A stretch of DNA of 64,000 nucleotides from Patescibacteria group bacterium. GTDB lineage: Bacteria > Patescibacteriota > Minisyncoccia > Phycocordibacterales > JBBTRF01. The notes below the pieces were generated by a model, which saw only the letters and a list, made by a program, of their open reading frames with translations, was not told the origin of the DNA and made no database searches. The stretch covers positions 97,642-161,641 of the forward strand of contig JBBTRF010000001.1 in NCBI GenBank assembly GCA_038065315.1, written 5' to 3'. Position numbers and translations under genes: made by a program. Positions 18,421-26,492 of the stretch are shown piece by piece (position 1 is the first letter of the stretch; every line of letters begins with the position of its first letter).

Positions 18421-18741
18421 ATGAAAAATACCCTTAAAAAAGGCTTGATTCGCAACATCATTTTCAAAGAAGACAATGTTTGGTATGGAGTTGCGCTTGA
18501 GTTTAATATCGTAACAGAAGGTGATACTCCTGAAATTGCCGCATTCAGTCTCCACGAAGCCATTTCTGGTTACCTTGAGTCCCTCCGACATAGTAAGGTC
18601 GGTGGTTTGAGAACTGAGGCAATATTGAATCAGTCGGTGGATCCTGAGTATGAAAATCTCTGGAAGACACTTGAGGCCAACAAAGTCATTCCTTCACCGT
18701 ATCAAGTGCACTCTTTTGGCAGATTCGTTCTCCCTGCATAA
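18421..18741 (+). CDS. hicB: HicB-family antitoxin-like protein (pair 2)
   Basis: 106 aa; IIFKEDNVWYGVALEFNIVTEGDTPEIAAFSLHEAISGYLE HicB N-terminal fold pattern. Confidence 0.55.
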   Translation: MKNTLKKGLIRNIIFKEDNVWYGVALEFNIVTEGDTPEIAAFSLHEAISGYLESLRHSKVGGLRTEAILNQSVDPEYENLWKTLEANKVIPSPYQVHSFGRFVLPA

Positions 18742-18754
18742 AATATAAAAAATC

Positions 18755-18985
18755 ATGCCGAACGGAATCATGAATTGGACGTTCGATGATGTAGTGGTCT
18801 TTCTCAAAAAACATAATTTTGTTTACAACTACACAAAAGGAAGTCATTACTTTTATATTGGCTCGAAAGGAGGCGTATCGAGACAGGTTTCCGTGCCTTT
18901 TCATGGCAGGAAGGCAATAAACCCCAAAACAGTGGCAAGTATCATACGCCAGTCTGGCATCGCAAGAGAAGATTGGCTGAATTAA
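18755..18985 (+). CDS. hicA: HicA-family mRNA interferase toxin (pair 2)
   Basis: 76 aa; YTKGSHYFYIGSKGGVSRQVSVPFHGRKAINPKTVASIIRQSGI, classic HicA with GSH and catalytic His. Confidence 0.75.
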   Translation: MPNGIMNWTFDDVVVFLKKHNFVYNYTKGSHYFYIGSKGGVSRQVSVPFHGRKAINPKTVASIIRQSGIAREDWLN

Positions 18986-19632
18986 CCCCACCCATGTTCC
19001 TCACTCAATTCCTCACCGTCGCTATCGTTCACTTGTTCGCGGTCATGAGCCCCGGACCGGATTTTGCCGTGGTTACCAAAAATAGTCTTGTCCATTCACG
19101 GAAGACTGGTATTTACACCTCTCTTGGTATTGCCCTCGGCATTCTCGTGCACGTCGCGTACTCGCTACTCGGTATCGGGCTCATCATCTCTCAGTCAGTC
19201 GTGCTCTTCAGCATCATCAAATACCTTGGCGCTGGTTACCTCATCTACATCGGATATCTTTCGCTCCGTGCCAATCCGCAGTCGTCTTTGGAAACCGCTT
19301 CGACCTCGATGCTTCCAGAGAAAAAAGATATCTCAAATTGGTCCGCCGTCAAAACCGGTTTTCTCACCAACGTACTCAATCCGAAAGCGACAATGTTCTT
19401 TCTCGCACTCTTCACTCAGATTATCGACCCAGTGACGCCAAAGCTCATCCAGCTCTTCTTTGGCCTCGAAACCATGGTCATCACGTTTGTCTGGTTCGCC
19501 TTTCTCTCAACGGTATTCTCGAACAGCTTGATCAAATCGAAGATCGCCAAGGTCCAACACCACATAGAACGCGTCACTGGGATCGTGCTGATCGTTCTCG
19601 GTATTAAGGTCGCACTCGCGAGTCAGAAATAA
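18973..19632 (+). CDS. LysE/RhtB-family amino-acid exporter
   Basis: 219 aa, 6 TM; N-terminal FLTVAIVHLFAVMSPGPDFAVV signature of LysE-type translocators. Confidence 0.8.
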   Translation: MAELTPPMFLTQFLTVAIVHLFAVMSPGPDFAVVTKNSLVHSRKTGIYTSLGIALGILVHVAYSLLGIGLIISQSVVLFSIIKYLGAGYLIYIGYLSLRANPQSSLETASTSMLPEKKDISNWSAVKTGFLTNVLNPKATMFFLALFTQIIDPVTPKLIQLFFGLETMVITFVWFAFLSTVFSNSLIKSKIAKVQHHIERVTGIVLIVLGIKVALASQK

Positions 19633-19700
19633 CAAAGAGCGCGCGGAGAAGCTGTCTTGAAGTGCTACAATTACCCCATAACAGCTAATCACCCAATCTC

Positions 19701-20033
19701 ATGCAAAATCAAAACACGTTTCTTGCTGGTCTCGTTGCGCTCCTTGTCGGTCTCATTCTCGGTTATTGGCTCAACACCCCGGACGTTTCTTCAAACATGC
19801 ATGGTGCAATGGGTGGCATGATGAGCGAATTGGAAGGGAAGACAGGTGGGGATCTCGAGAAAGCGTTTCTTGAAGAAATGATCGTGCACCATGAAGGGGC
19901 AGTGGTAATGGCACAGACCTTGCTTGCAGGTACCAAGCGACCAGAGTTGGTGAAGCTCGGCAACGACATCGTCACCGCCCAGACAGGTGAGATTGCGATG
20001 ATGAAAGAGTGGCTTAAGACCTGGTTCAAGTAG
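19701..20033 (+). CDS. DUF305-domain protein (membrane-anchored)
   Basis: N-terminal TM; FLEEMIVHHEGAVVMAQ...IVTAQTGEIAMMKEWL DUF305 four-helix motif. Confidence 0.7.
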   Translation: MQNQNTFLAGLVALLVGLILGYWLNTPDVSSNMHGAMGGMMSELEGKTGGDLEKAFLEEMIVHHEGAVVMAQTLLAGTKRPELVKLGNDIVTAQTGEIAMMKEWLKTWFK

Positions 20034-20156
20034 GAGAGTAGGGTTGATTTCAATCAGGCAGACATTGACAGATATCTAAAATCTGGCATAGTAAATACAG
20101 TCTCGGATCAGCTTGCACTCACGCAAGAGTCCGGAAGCCCGCACCTTGACCTGCCT

Positions 20157-20684
20157 ATGAAAACCCTCCTGTCGGTCTTGTTCGCTCTCGCCACCTTTTG
20201 CGCCTCTATCCAGTCGGTCGATGGGGCAACCAACGATCTGGCGAATGTCCCCGATACGTTCCTTATTCCCACCAACAAAGTGGAGTGGACATGCTCCGCC
20301 GCAATCCTCGGCCCGCTTGTCACCAACGACGTCGCCTACGTCGTGAAGAACGTCCAAACGAACCGCTGCGGCGTGTTCGTGGTCTCGTATCCCGCGCAAC
20401 TGCCTTCGCCGGCGCCGATCATACTCGAGATCCTACAAGACTCAAGCCTCCAAAACAAGTCCTTCCGTCTCATCACCCGGAAGTCATCGATCATTCCAGG
20501 GGGCCAGCCAGGAACTCCGGAGATCGAGATGGTCGAGCATGTCGAAGTATCCTTCTCGCCGGAGCGAGGGAGCACGTTCTTCGCCTACGTGAATATCGGG
20601 AAGATTCCTTTCCGGGACAACCGTGTCATGTTCGGTCGCATTTCCGGTCCAGAACTGGAGCGCCGCATCAAAGGCGGGAAGTAG
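20157..20684 (+). CDS. secreted hypothetical protein (signal peptide), GC3-rich
   Basis: MKTLLSVLFALATFCASIQS signal peptide; strong third-position G/C periodicity. The overlapping Arg-rich frame 20198-20956 is judged a GC-skew artefact. Confidence 0.5.
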   Translation: MKTLLSVLFALATFCASIQSVDGATNDLANVPDTFLIPTNKVEWTCSAAILGPLVTNDVAYVVKNVQTNRCGVFVVSYPAQLPSPAPIILEILQDSSLQNKSFRLITRKSSIIPGGQPGTPEIEMVEHVEVSFSPERGSTFFAYVNIGKIPFRDNRVMFGRISGPELERRIKGGK

Positions 20685-20813
20685 GAAACATCGACTCGTT
20701 TGCAGTAGCTGTCGGCCTCAACCGGTCGGCAGTTTTTTATTATCAAAATCCAAGAAATGAAAAATGGTGCGACAGTTGCCTGTCGCACCATGTGAGTCGA
20801 GTCGCGCTGCTGA

Positions 20814-21440
20814 TTACTCGCCGTTATTGCCGCCGCGCTGACGCTGGCGCTGACGAGCCACGCTCTGCTGGAGGAACTTCAGGAGTGAGTCCGGCTGGTC
20901 GCCGCCGAAGAACATCCTCAGTGGGTTGTCATCACCACGTTCGCGCGCCACGGTGACGTGCCAGTCAGCGCGCAGACCGAGGGTCCTGGTGTCGAGCTTC
21001 GTGCCGATCTCGGCTTCGACTTGGGCCCAGAACAGCTTCATCGCGGTCTGGGAAAGGTCCAGCAAGTGGTCCTTTTGGTATTTCACGATCTCGACCTCAC
21101 TGGGGGTCTTCGGGTTCGGAACACATTCAGCACGCCCGATAAGTTCGTTGGCGAGGCGGAAGAATTCCTTCGCCCGCGGTGAACCGATCTGGTGGACGCA
21201 CTCTTCACCGAGCACGTTGATGGGCTCGAGGGGATGAAACATGCTCTCGCTCGGGGAGATCTTGCCCGCATAAATCCGGGCGACCTCCTCCGTGAAGTCG
21301 AGCGAGGCTAGCTGCCACGGCGATCGGGTGTCCTCGCGGAAGGTGCCCGGCGCCTGTCCGCCAGCGGTCGGCGGAGGGGGAGTGCTGGTCGTGATCCGGT
21401 TTTTCTTGCGGATCTTGAGGGCGGTGGTTGCAGTGCTCAT
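20814..21440 (-). CDS. hypothetical protein, GC3-rich
   Basis: 208-aa ORF convergent with the 20157 gene, with the same C-ending codon bias and no recognisable domain. Confidence 0.4.
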   Translation of the reverse strand: MSTATTALKIRKKNRITTSTPPPPTAGGQAPGTFREDTRSPWQLASLDFTEEVARIYAGKISPSESMFHPLEPINVLGEECVHQIGSPRAKEFFRLANELIGRAECVPNPKTPSEVEIVKYQKDHLLDLSQTAMKLFWAQVEAEIGTKLDTRTLGLRADWHVTVARERGDDNPLRMFFGGDQPDSLLKFLQQSVARQRQRQRGGNNGE

Positions 21441-21619
21441 ACGTTGCGGTGTCTGTATTTTTGTTGAGCCGACTCCTGGTCGGCGGTCAGGTTCATGTAT
21501 GCCCCACTCGGGGAATACGGTTCAAGGAGAACATTAGCACACGCAATATATATATGTCAATGCTTGTTCTATACCCATTTTCCCTACGAAAAGGGTCAAA
21601 TCTCCGATACAATACAGCA

Positions 21620-22078
21620 ATGAAGCAAGCCGGTCTTACTCTGGTGGAAATGGTGGTTGTCGTGGCTATTGTTGCCATGATCGCCGCCTTAGCTACGGTG
21701 TCTTTCAGTACGGTCACGGCTCGCCAATCTCTCGACAAAAGTACTGATGCAGTGGTGGCAGTGTTGGATCAGGCCCGCTCACTCACTGTGTCGGCGAAAG
21801 GTGCAGTGGCTTATGGTGTCCGTCTCCTCTCCACTGGCCCAGTGCTATTCGTCGGCTCCATATACGATGCCAACGCTAGCACAAACAAACCCCTCGTCCT
21901 CGACCCGCGGCTCTCCCTCTCAAACATTTCTCTCAATGGGGCAGGGCAGGATGTTTTGTTCAACAAACTCACCGGCACCACTACTCAGAGCGGTACCTTT
22001 CGCGTGACCCTCACTGCGACACCGACGAGCTATCGAACCGTCACGGTGTATGCTACTGGCATCGCTGAGGCGCAATAA
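21620..22078 (+). CDS. type IV pilin / pseudopilin (class III signal peptide)
   Basis: MKQAG|LTLVEMVVVVAIVAMIA: prepilin cleavage motif with Glu at +5. 152 aa. The start was reassigned to the internal ATG at 21620. Confidence 0.7.
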   Translation: MKQAGLTLVEMVVVVAIVAMIAALATVSFSTVTARQSLDKSTDAVVAVLDQARSLTVSAKGAVAYGVRLLSTGPVLFVGSIYDANASTNKPLVLDPRLSLSNISLNGAGQDVLFNKLTGTTTQSGTFRVTLTATPTSYRTVTVYATGIAEAQ

Positions 22079-22079
22079 T

Positions 22080-22589
22080 ATGAACATGACATTATTGAAA
22101 ATTGTGAAAAACAGGAAACAAGGTTTTGGCCTGGTGGAGGTGCTTGTCGCGGTGGCGATCATTGCGATCACCTCGGTCTCCATTTTTAATGTGTATACCG
22201 CCTATTTACGTGCAGAATTGAACAATGTCAAAGCGGTGAAAGCGGCCTTTCTGATGGAAGAGGGACTCGAAGTGGTGCGCCTGCTCCGCGATACGAGCTG
22301 GACCTCATATATCGCACCGGTCACGGCGAGCACTACCCAGTATTTGAATTGGACTGGTTCGGCCTGGCAATTCACCACCACTCCGCAGATGATCGATGTG
22401 CGGTATGCACGCACCGTGGTGTTCACTACAGTGTATCGCGACAGCAACAACCGCATTGCCGCTACTGGAACGCTCGACCCGAATACTCGCGGCTTCACTG
22501 TGGCGGTGGCTTGGCCGGACGACAACACTGCACTGTCTACCACCATGAAGCAGATTTCCAGCTATATCACGAACCTGTATGGAAATTAG
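22080..22589 (+). CDS. type IV minor pilin / pseudopilin
   Basis: ...KNRKQG|FGLVEVLVAVAIIAITS with Glu+5. The start at 22080 directly follows the stop of the preceding gene. Confidence 0.65.
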   Translation: MNMTLLKIVKNRKQGFGLVEVLVAVAIIAITSVSIFNVYTAYLRAELNNVKAVKAAFLMEEGLEVVRLLRDTSWTSYIAPVTASTTQYLNWTGSAWQFTTTPQMIDVRYARTVVFTTVYRDSNNRIAATGTLDPNTRGFTVAVAWPDDNTALSTTMKQISSYITNLYGN

Positions 22590-23121
22590 CCCATCTAAAA
22601 ACAAAAGCGGCTCACGTCGCCGCGCCGCCTGTGGCTTTTCGATGGTGGAGATGCTCATCTATCTCGCCCTTCTCACCTCGGTGACGGTCTTTTTGGTGAA
22701 TGGTATCTCCGCACTCACGAAAAGTTATGCTGATATTCGCCTCGCCAAGGCAGTATCGTCCTCGGCGAGTGCAGCCTTGCAGCGCATTATCTATGAGACT
22801 CGACAGGCGAGCTCGATCAATCTCGCTGGCAGTACTTTTGGAGCGAATCCTGGTGTGCTCAGCCTGGTGAGTGAAAACGCAAGTGGTGCAACCACGACCA
22901 TAGCGTTCACGGTGAGCAATGGGGTGCTTCGTGTGAGTCGTAGCGGCATAGACGAAGGCCCACTCACGCTCTCCGGCGCGTCGGTGACCAACTTCACCCT
23001 AGCTTTGCTCCAAAACAGCGTCTCCAACGGCGTGCGCATTACGCTCACCGTCCAAAGTAGCTTCGGTGTGAAGACTCGCACCGAGACGTTCTACACTACC
23101 GCAGTCACTCGTAATATGTGA
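22579..23121 (+). CDS. type IV minor pilin / pseudopilin
   Basis: ...RRRAACG|FSMVEMLIYLALLTSV with Glu+5; overlaps the previous gene by 11 nt. Confidence 0.6.
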   Translation: MEISPSKNKSGSRRRAACGFSMVEMLIYLALLTSVTVFLVNGISALTKSYADIRLAKAVSSSASAALQRIIYETRQASSINLAGSTFGANPGVLSLVSENASGATTTIAFTVSNGVLRVSRSGIDEGPLTLSGASVTNFTLALLQNSVSNGVRITLTVQSSFGVKTRTETFYTTAVTRNM

Positions 23122-25442
23122 TGATTATGGTAATACGATCCTTTATGAAATTGAAATCAAGAAATCTTCAGTCCGGCCAGGTAATGATCGCCTCAGTGAT
23201 CTTCTTCCTTGGTATTGGTCTGGCCATTCTCACCGGTGTGTCACAGACCACGCTTCGCGATCTGCAGGGAAGCCAAAATGTCGTGAAGTCTCGAGAAAGC
23301 TATGCCGTGGCGGAAGCACTTCATGAGGACGTGCTCTACCGTCTCCAAAACGGTATGAATGTCAGTGCAACAGAAAATCTCACACTCAATGGCTATACTG
23401 CCTCGACTACCGTCACCGATGTTTCTGGCGGCAAGCAGGTCACCAGTACCGGCGACCGCGACAGCTATATCAAAAAGGTCAGTTCAATGGTGACTACCGG
23501 CATGGGGGTGTCTTTCAATTACGGCGTACAGGCGGGCGAAGGGGGTATTGAGTTGCAGAACTCATCTTCTATTCTCGGCAACGTATACTCCAACGGACCG
23601 GTCACCGGGTCCGCTGCGGTGAATAACAGCAACGCTGCTAGCCCCGGACTTTCCGGCTCAGCCACGGTCTCGAGCGCGTCAGCTGGCGGTGCCGCAAGCT
23701 TCGATTTTTCCGCCGACGGCAGATATGCGTACGTCTTGAGTTCGAACAGCTTTCAGATTGTCGACCTCAACAACCCGACAACGCCAACCGTGGTGGGTTC
23801 GGTGACCACCAACTACGGCTCGAATCCGTATCACAACACGCTCGTTACCTCTGGGAATTATCTGTACATCACCTCGCTCAACTCCAGCAATCTAGACATC
23901 TACAATATCACCTCGCCAACTAGCCCGACACTCGTGATGCAATTGGCTCTTGGCGGATCGGGAAAGAACGGGCGTATTGCAAATGGCTACCTGTATATCC
24001 CACTTTTCAACAGTACAGTCACAAAGATTGTGAATATTTCGAATCCTACGCAGGCCGCGGTAGTGGGCACGATCAGTACCGTCGCGAACCCAGTCTGGGT
24101 GACGATCAACGGAAACTATCTGTACATTGGACACGATCTCAATGGCAACTACGGCAGCATCTACTCCTACACTCTCGGGAATCCTGCCAGCCCGACCTAT
24201 GTCGGTGTGATGCCCGCGGGTACGATGTATAGTCGCACGTATACGCCGTACATTGCCGGACAGTATATGTACGTCATGTCCTATATTTTGAGCGGCATGT
24301 ACGTGTTGAGTTTATCCAATCCCGCCGTGCCGACGGTGGTGTATGCGACTGCGGCAAACAGTATTCTCGAGCCGCAGTCCATAGATGGTGGCGCAGGGTA
24401 CCTCTATGTCGGTGTATTTAATACTCACAACACCAGCCAGAGATCCCTCGATGTGTGGAGCCTGGCTAATCCGGCCTTGCCGGTAAAGGTTTCGACGACA
24501 AATATTTCTAGCAACGGTGGACCAAACACAGTGAAGGTGAAGAATGGTGCCGTTTTTGTATTGAACGGCGCAAATAATGCTTCGAGCGCCTTCCAGTCGT
24601 ACGGCGCGATGGGTTCTGGTGGCAATACGATCACTGGTACTGTTGTGTCGGCTGGTTCGACAGGGAGCGTGACGCGAATCAATGCGGCGGGTACTGCGGG
24701 ATCGATGTACGCAAAAACAATCACCGATTCAGTAGTCACCAAAGACGCGTACTATCAAACCATTACCGGCTCTAGCGTCGGCGGAGTCTCGTATCCGGGC
24801 AGTGCCAATCAAGCAACCTCGAGCATGCCGATTTCTGAGGCTACTATTGATCAGTGGGAAACTGACGCTGCGGCGGGAGGGGTGCTGACTACACCGTGTC
24901 CGTACAAGATCACCTCTACGGTCACGCTCGGTCCGGTGAAGATTAATTGCGACTTGGAGCTTAGTAACAACGGTATACTGAACTTATCCGGCATGGTGTG
25001 GGTAAAGGGAAATGTGTTCATCAAAAATAGTGCGACGATCAATATTAGTCCATCTATATCAGGGCGGACAGCCGCTGTCATTGCTGACAATCCAACAAAC
25101 CGCACTTCCAGCAGCAAGGTTGAGTTGACCAACACCTCTACGTTTCTTGGGTCGGGGAACAATTCCTATGTAATGGTTGTGTCGCGCAACAAGAGTGCCT
25201 CGCTTGGCGGTGGGGAATTCGCCATAAAAGTCGGTAATTCTATCTCAGGAAAGCTTCTTGTGTATGCTCCGAGTGGGATGATTGAAATTGAAAATAGCGC
25301 CAGCTTGAAAGAAGCGACGGGCTGGAAATTGCGACTGAAGAATAGTGCCTCAGTAACCTATGAGTCCGGGTTGGCGAACCTACTGTTCACTTCTGGTCCG
25401 TCGGGCGGATATCAGATCGATAGCTGGCAAGAGGTGCAATAA
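23118..25442 (+). CDS. large pilin-like protein with LVIVD beta-propeller repeats (candidate pilus-tip adhesin, PilX/PilY1-analogue)
   Basis: N-terminal hydrophobic pilin-like helix (GQVMIASVIFFLGIGLAIL, no Glu+5). Then >=6 repeats of the form YLYI..LNSSNLDIYNITSPTSPTLV / LDVWSLANPALPV (LVIVD repeat pattern). ATGA overlap with the upstream minor pilin. Confidence 0.65.
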   Translation: MMIMVIRSFMKLKSRNLQSGQVMIASVIFFLGIGLAILTGVSQTTLRDLQGSQNVVKSRESYAVAEALHEDVLYRLQNGMNVSATENLTLNGYTASTTVTDVSGGKQVTSTGDRDSYIKKVSSMVTTGMGVSFNYGVQAGEGGIELQNSSSILGNVYSNGPVTGSAAVNNSNAASPGLSGSATVSSASAGGAASFDFSADGRYAYVLSSNSFQIVDLNNPTTPTVVGSVTTNYGSNPYHNTLVTSGNYLYITSLNSSNLDIYNITSPTSPTLVMQLALGGSGKNGRIANGYLYIPLFNSTVTKIVNISNPTQAAVVGTISTVANPVWVTINGNYLYIGHDLNGNYGSIYSYTLGNPASPTYVGVMPAGTMYSRTYTPYIAGQYMYVMSYILSGMYVLSLSNPAVPTVVYATAANSILEPQSIDGGAGYLYVGVFNTHNTSQRSLDVWSLANPALPVKVSTTNISSNGGPNTVKVKNGAVFVLNGANNASSAFQSYGAMGSGGNTITGTVVSAGSTGSVTRINAAGTAGSMYAKTITDSVVTKDAYYQTITGSSVGGVSYPGSANQATSSMPISEATIDQWETDAAAGGVLTTPCPYKITSTVTLGPVKINCDLELSNNGILNLSGMVWVKGNVFIKNSATINISPSISGRTAAVIADNPTNRTSSSKVELTNTSTFLGSGNNSYVMVVSRNKSASLGGGEFAIKVGNSISGKLLVYAPSGMIEIENSASLKEATGWKLRLKNSASVTYESGLANLLFTSGPSGGYQIDSWQEVQ

Positions 25443-25444
25443 GA

Positions 25445-25552
25445 GGCTCCTGAGGTTATTTGAAAAGGCACGCCATATATTTCTGCTGAAATATTGGCTC
25501 CTCTCGCCACCGTCGTGGCTGCGAGAGGCCTTTTCAAATAACCTCAGGAGCC
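25445..25552. repeat. nested inverted repeat: 25-bp perfect arms around a 58-nt spacer with an inner 8-bp hairpin
   Basis: Left arm ggctcctgaggttatttgaaaaggc (25445-25469), right arm gccttttcaaataacctcaggagcc (25528-25552). Inner cctctcgc...gcgagagg. Confidence 0.8.
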
Positions 25553-25606
25553 CATTGTCATTGTTGGAGCTTCGTAACTAACACACCGGAAAGCTGCGCA
25601 GAAAAC

Positions 25607-25951
25607 CTACTTACTCGCCAAATCGGGGCGATCGGCTTCTGAGCTGAATTGCTCAGCACGCTCATCTTGTCGCGCCTCATGCTCCCTCATCCAGCTTCCG
25701 CTGGTATCATTACTAATTTTATTGGCTCCTTCGCCAAGCTTTCGCGTGTGGCGACTTCGGCCGTCATCCATAGGTGCGTTCCTTTTCAAATCCTCCCATG
25801 ACGGCGTATTCTTCACGACTTCTTGTATACGGGCGAAGGCCGCCTTTGTCTCTGCGGACTCACGCGCTGTTTTCTCTTCTGACGTCTCGATCAACACCGC
25901 CTTTCCCGGTTGCCGGCTTTCTTCAAAAAGGGGAATCTGTTCGAATGACAT
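25607..25951 (-). CDS. hypothetical small charged protein
   Basis: 114-aa hydrophilic ORF on the same strand as yqeY; no domain. Weak. Confidence 0.25.
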   Translation of the reverse strand: MSFEQIPLFEESRQPGKAVLIETSEEKTARESAETKAAFARIQEVVKNTPSWEDLKRNAPMDDGRSRHTRKLGEGANKISNDTSGSWMREHEARQDERAEQFSSEADRPDLASK

Positions 25952-25980
25952 GGGGGTGTTGTTGGTCTTGGGGTTACCGG

Positions 25981-26433
25981 TTACTTAAACAAGCTCTCGA
26001 CGGCCTCCTTCACCACCATACCATCGGCCTTGCCCTTGAATTCTTTCATCAGCATGCCGGTGAATTTGCCGACCGCGGTTTTGTCTTTCATGCCGAGCTC
26101 GGCTTGACGGACTTTAGCGATCTTCAACACTTCCTCGTAGCTCATCATCTGAGGGAGGAAGGCTTCGAGGATGGTGAGCTCGGCTTTCTCGGCATCCACG
26201 AGGTCCTGCCGGCCACCCTTGCCGAATTGGTCGATCGAGTCCTTGCGCTGCTTCACGGCACGCTTGATGAGGGCGAGAGCATCGTCATCGGAGAGGTGCG
26301 GGCCAGTGATTTTCTTCGCTACGAGCTCGTTCATGAATGAAGCCAGTAGTCCGCGAAGTACCGAGAGGCGGACTGCGTCTTTCTTGATCATCGCCTCCTT
26401 CATTTTCGTCTGGATGGTTTCGTGTAGTAGCAT
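25981..26433 (-). CDS. GatB/YqeY-domain protein
   Basis: MLLHETIQTKMKEAMIKKDAVRLSVLRGLLASFMNE...AELTILEAFLPQMMSYEEV YqeY pattern. The start was trimmed to the ATG at 26433. Confidence 0.8.
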   Translation of the reverse strand: MLLHETIQTKMKEAMIKKDAVRLSVLRGLLASFMNELVAKKITGPHLSDDDALALIKRAVKQRKDSIDQFGKGGRQDLVDAEKAELTILEAFLPQMMSYEEVLKIAKVRQAELGMKDKTAVGKFTGMLMKEFKGKADGMVVKEAVESLFK

Positions 26434-26492
26434 AGTGAATTTAGTATACCGCAAAGGCCCCATTTTGGCACGAGATTTGGTATACTATTCGC

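Noticed and set aside
20198-20956. 252-aa Arg-rich ORF overlapping the secreted-protein gene
   Set aside because: The alternative frame of a GC3-rich gene. RRRLRREERP-type composition is a hallmark of an off-frame translation of high-GC coding DNA.
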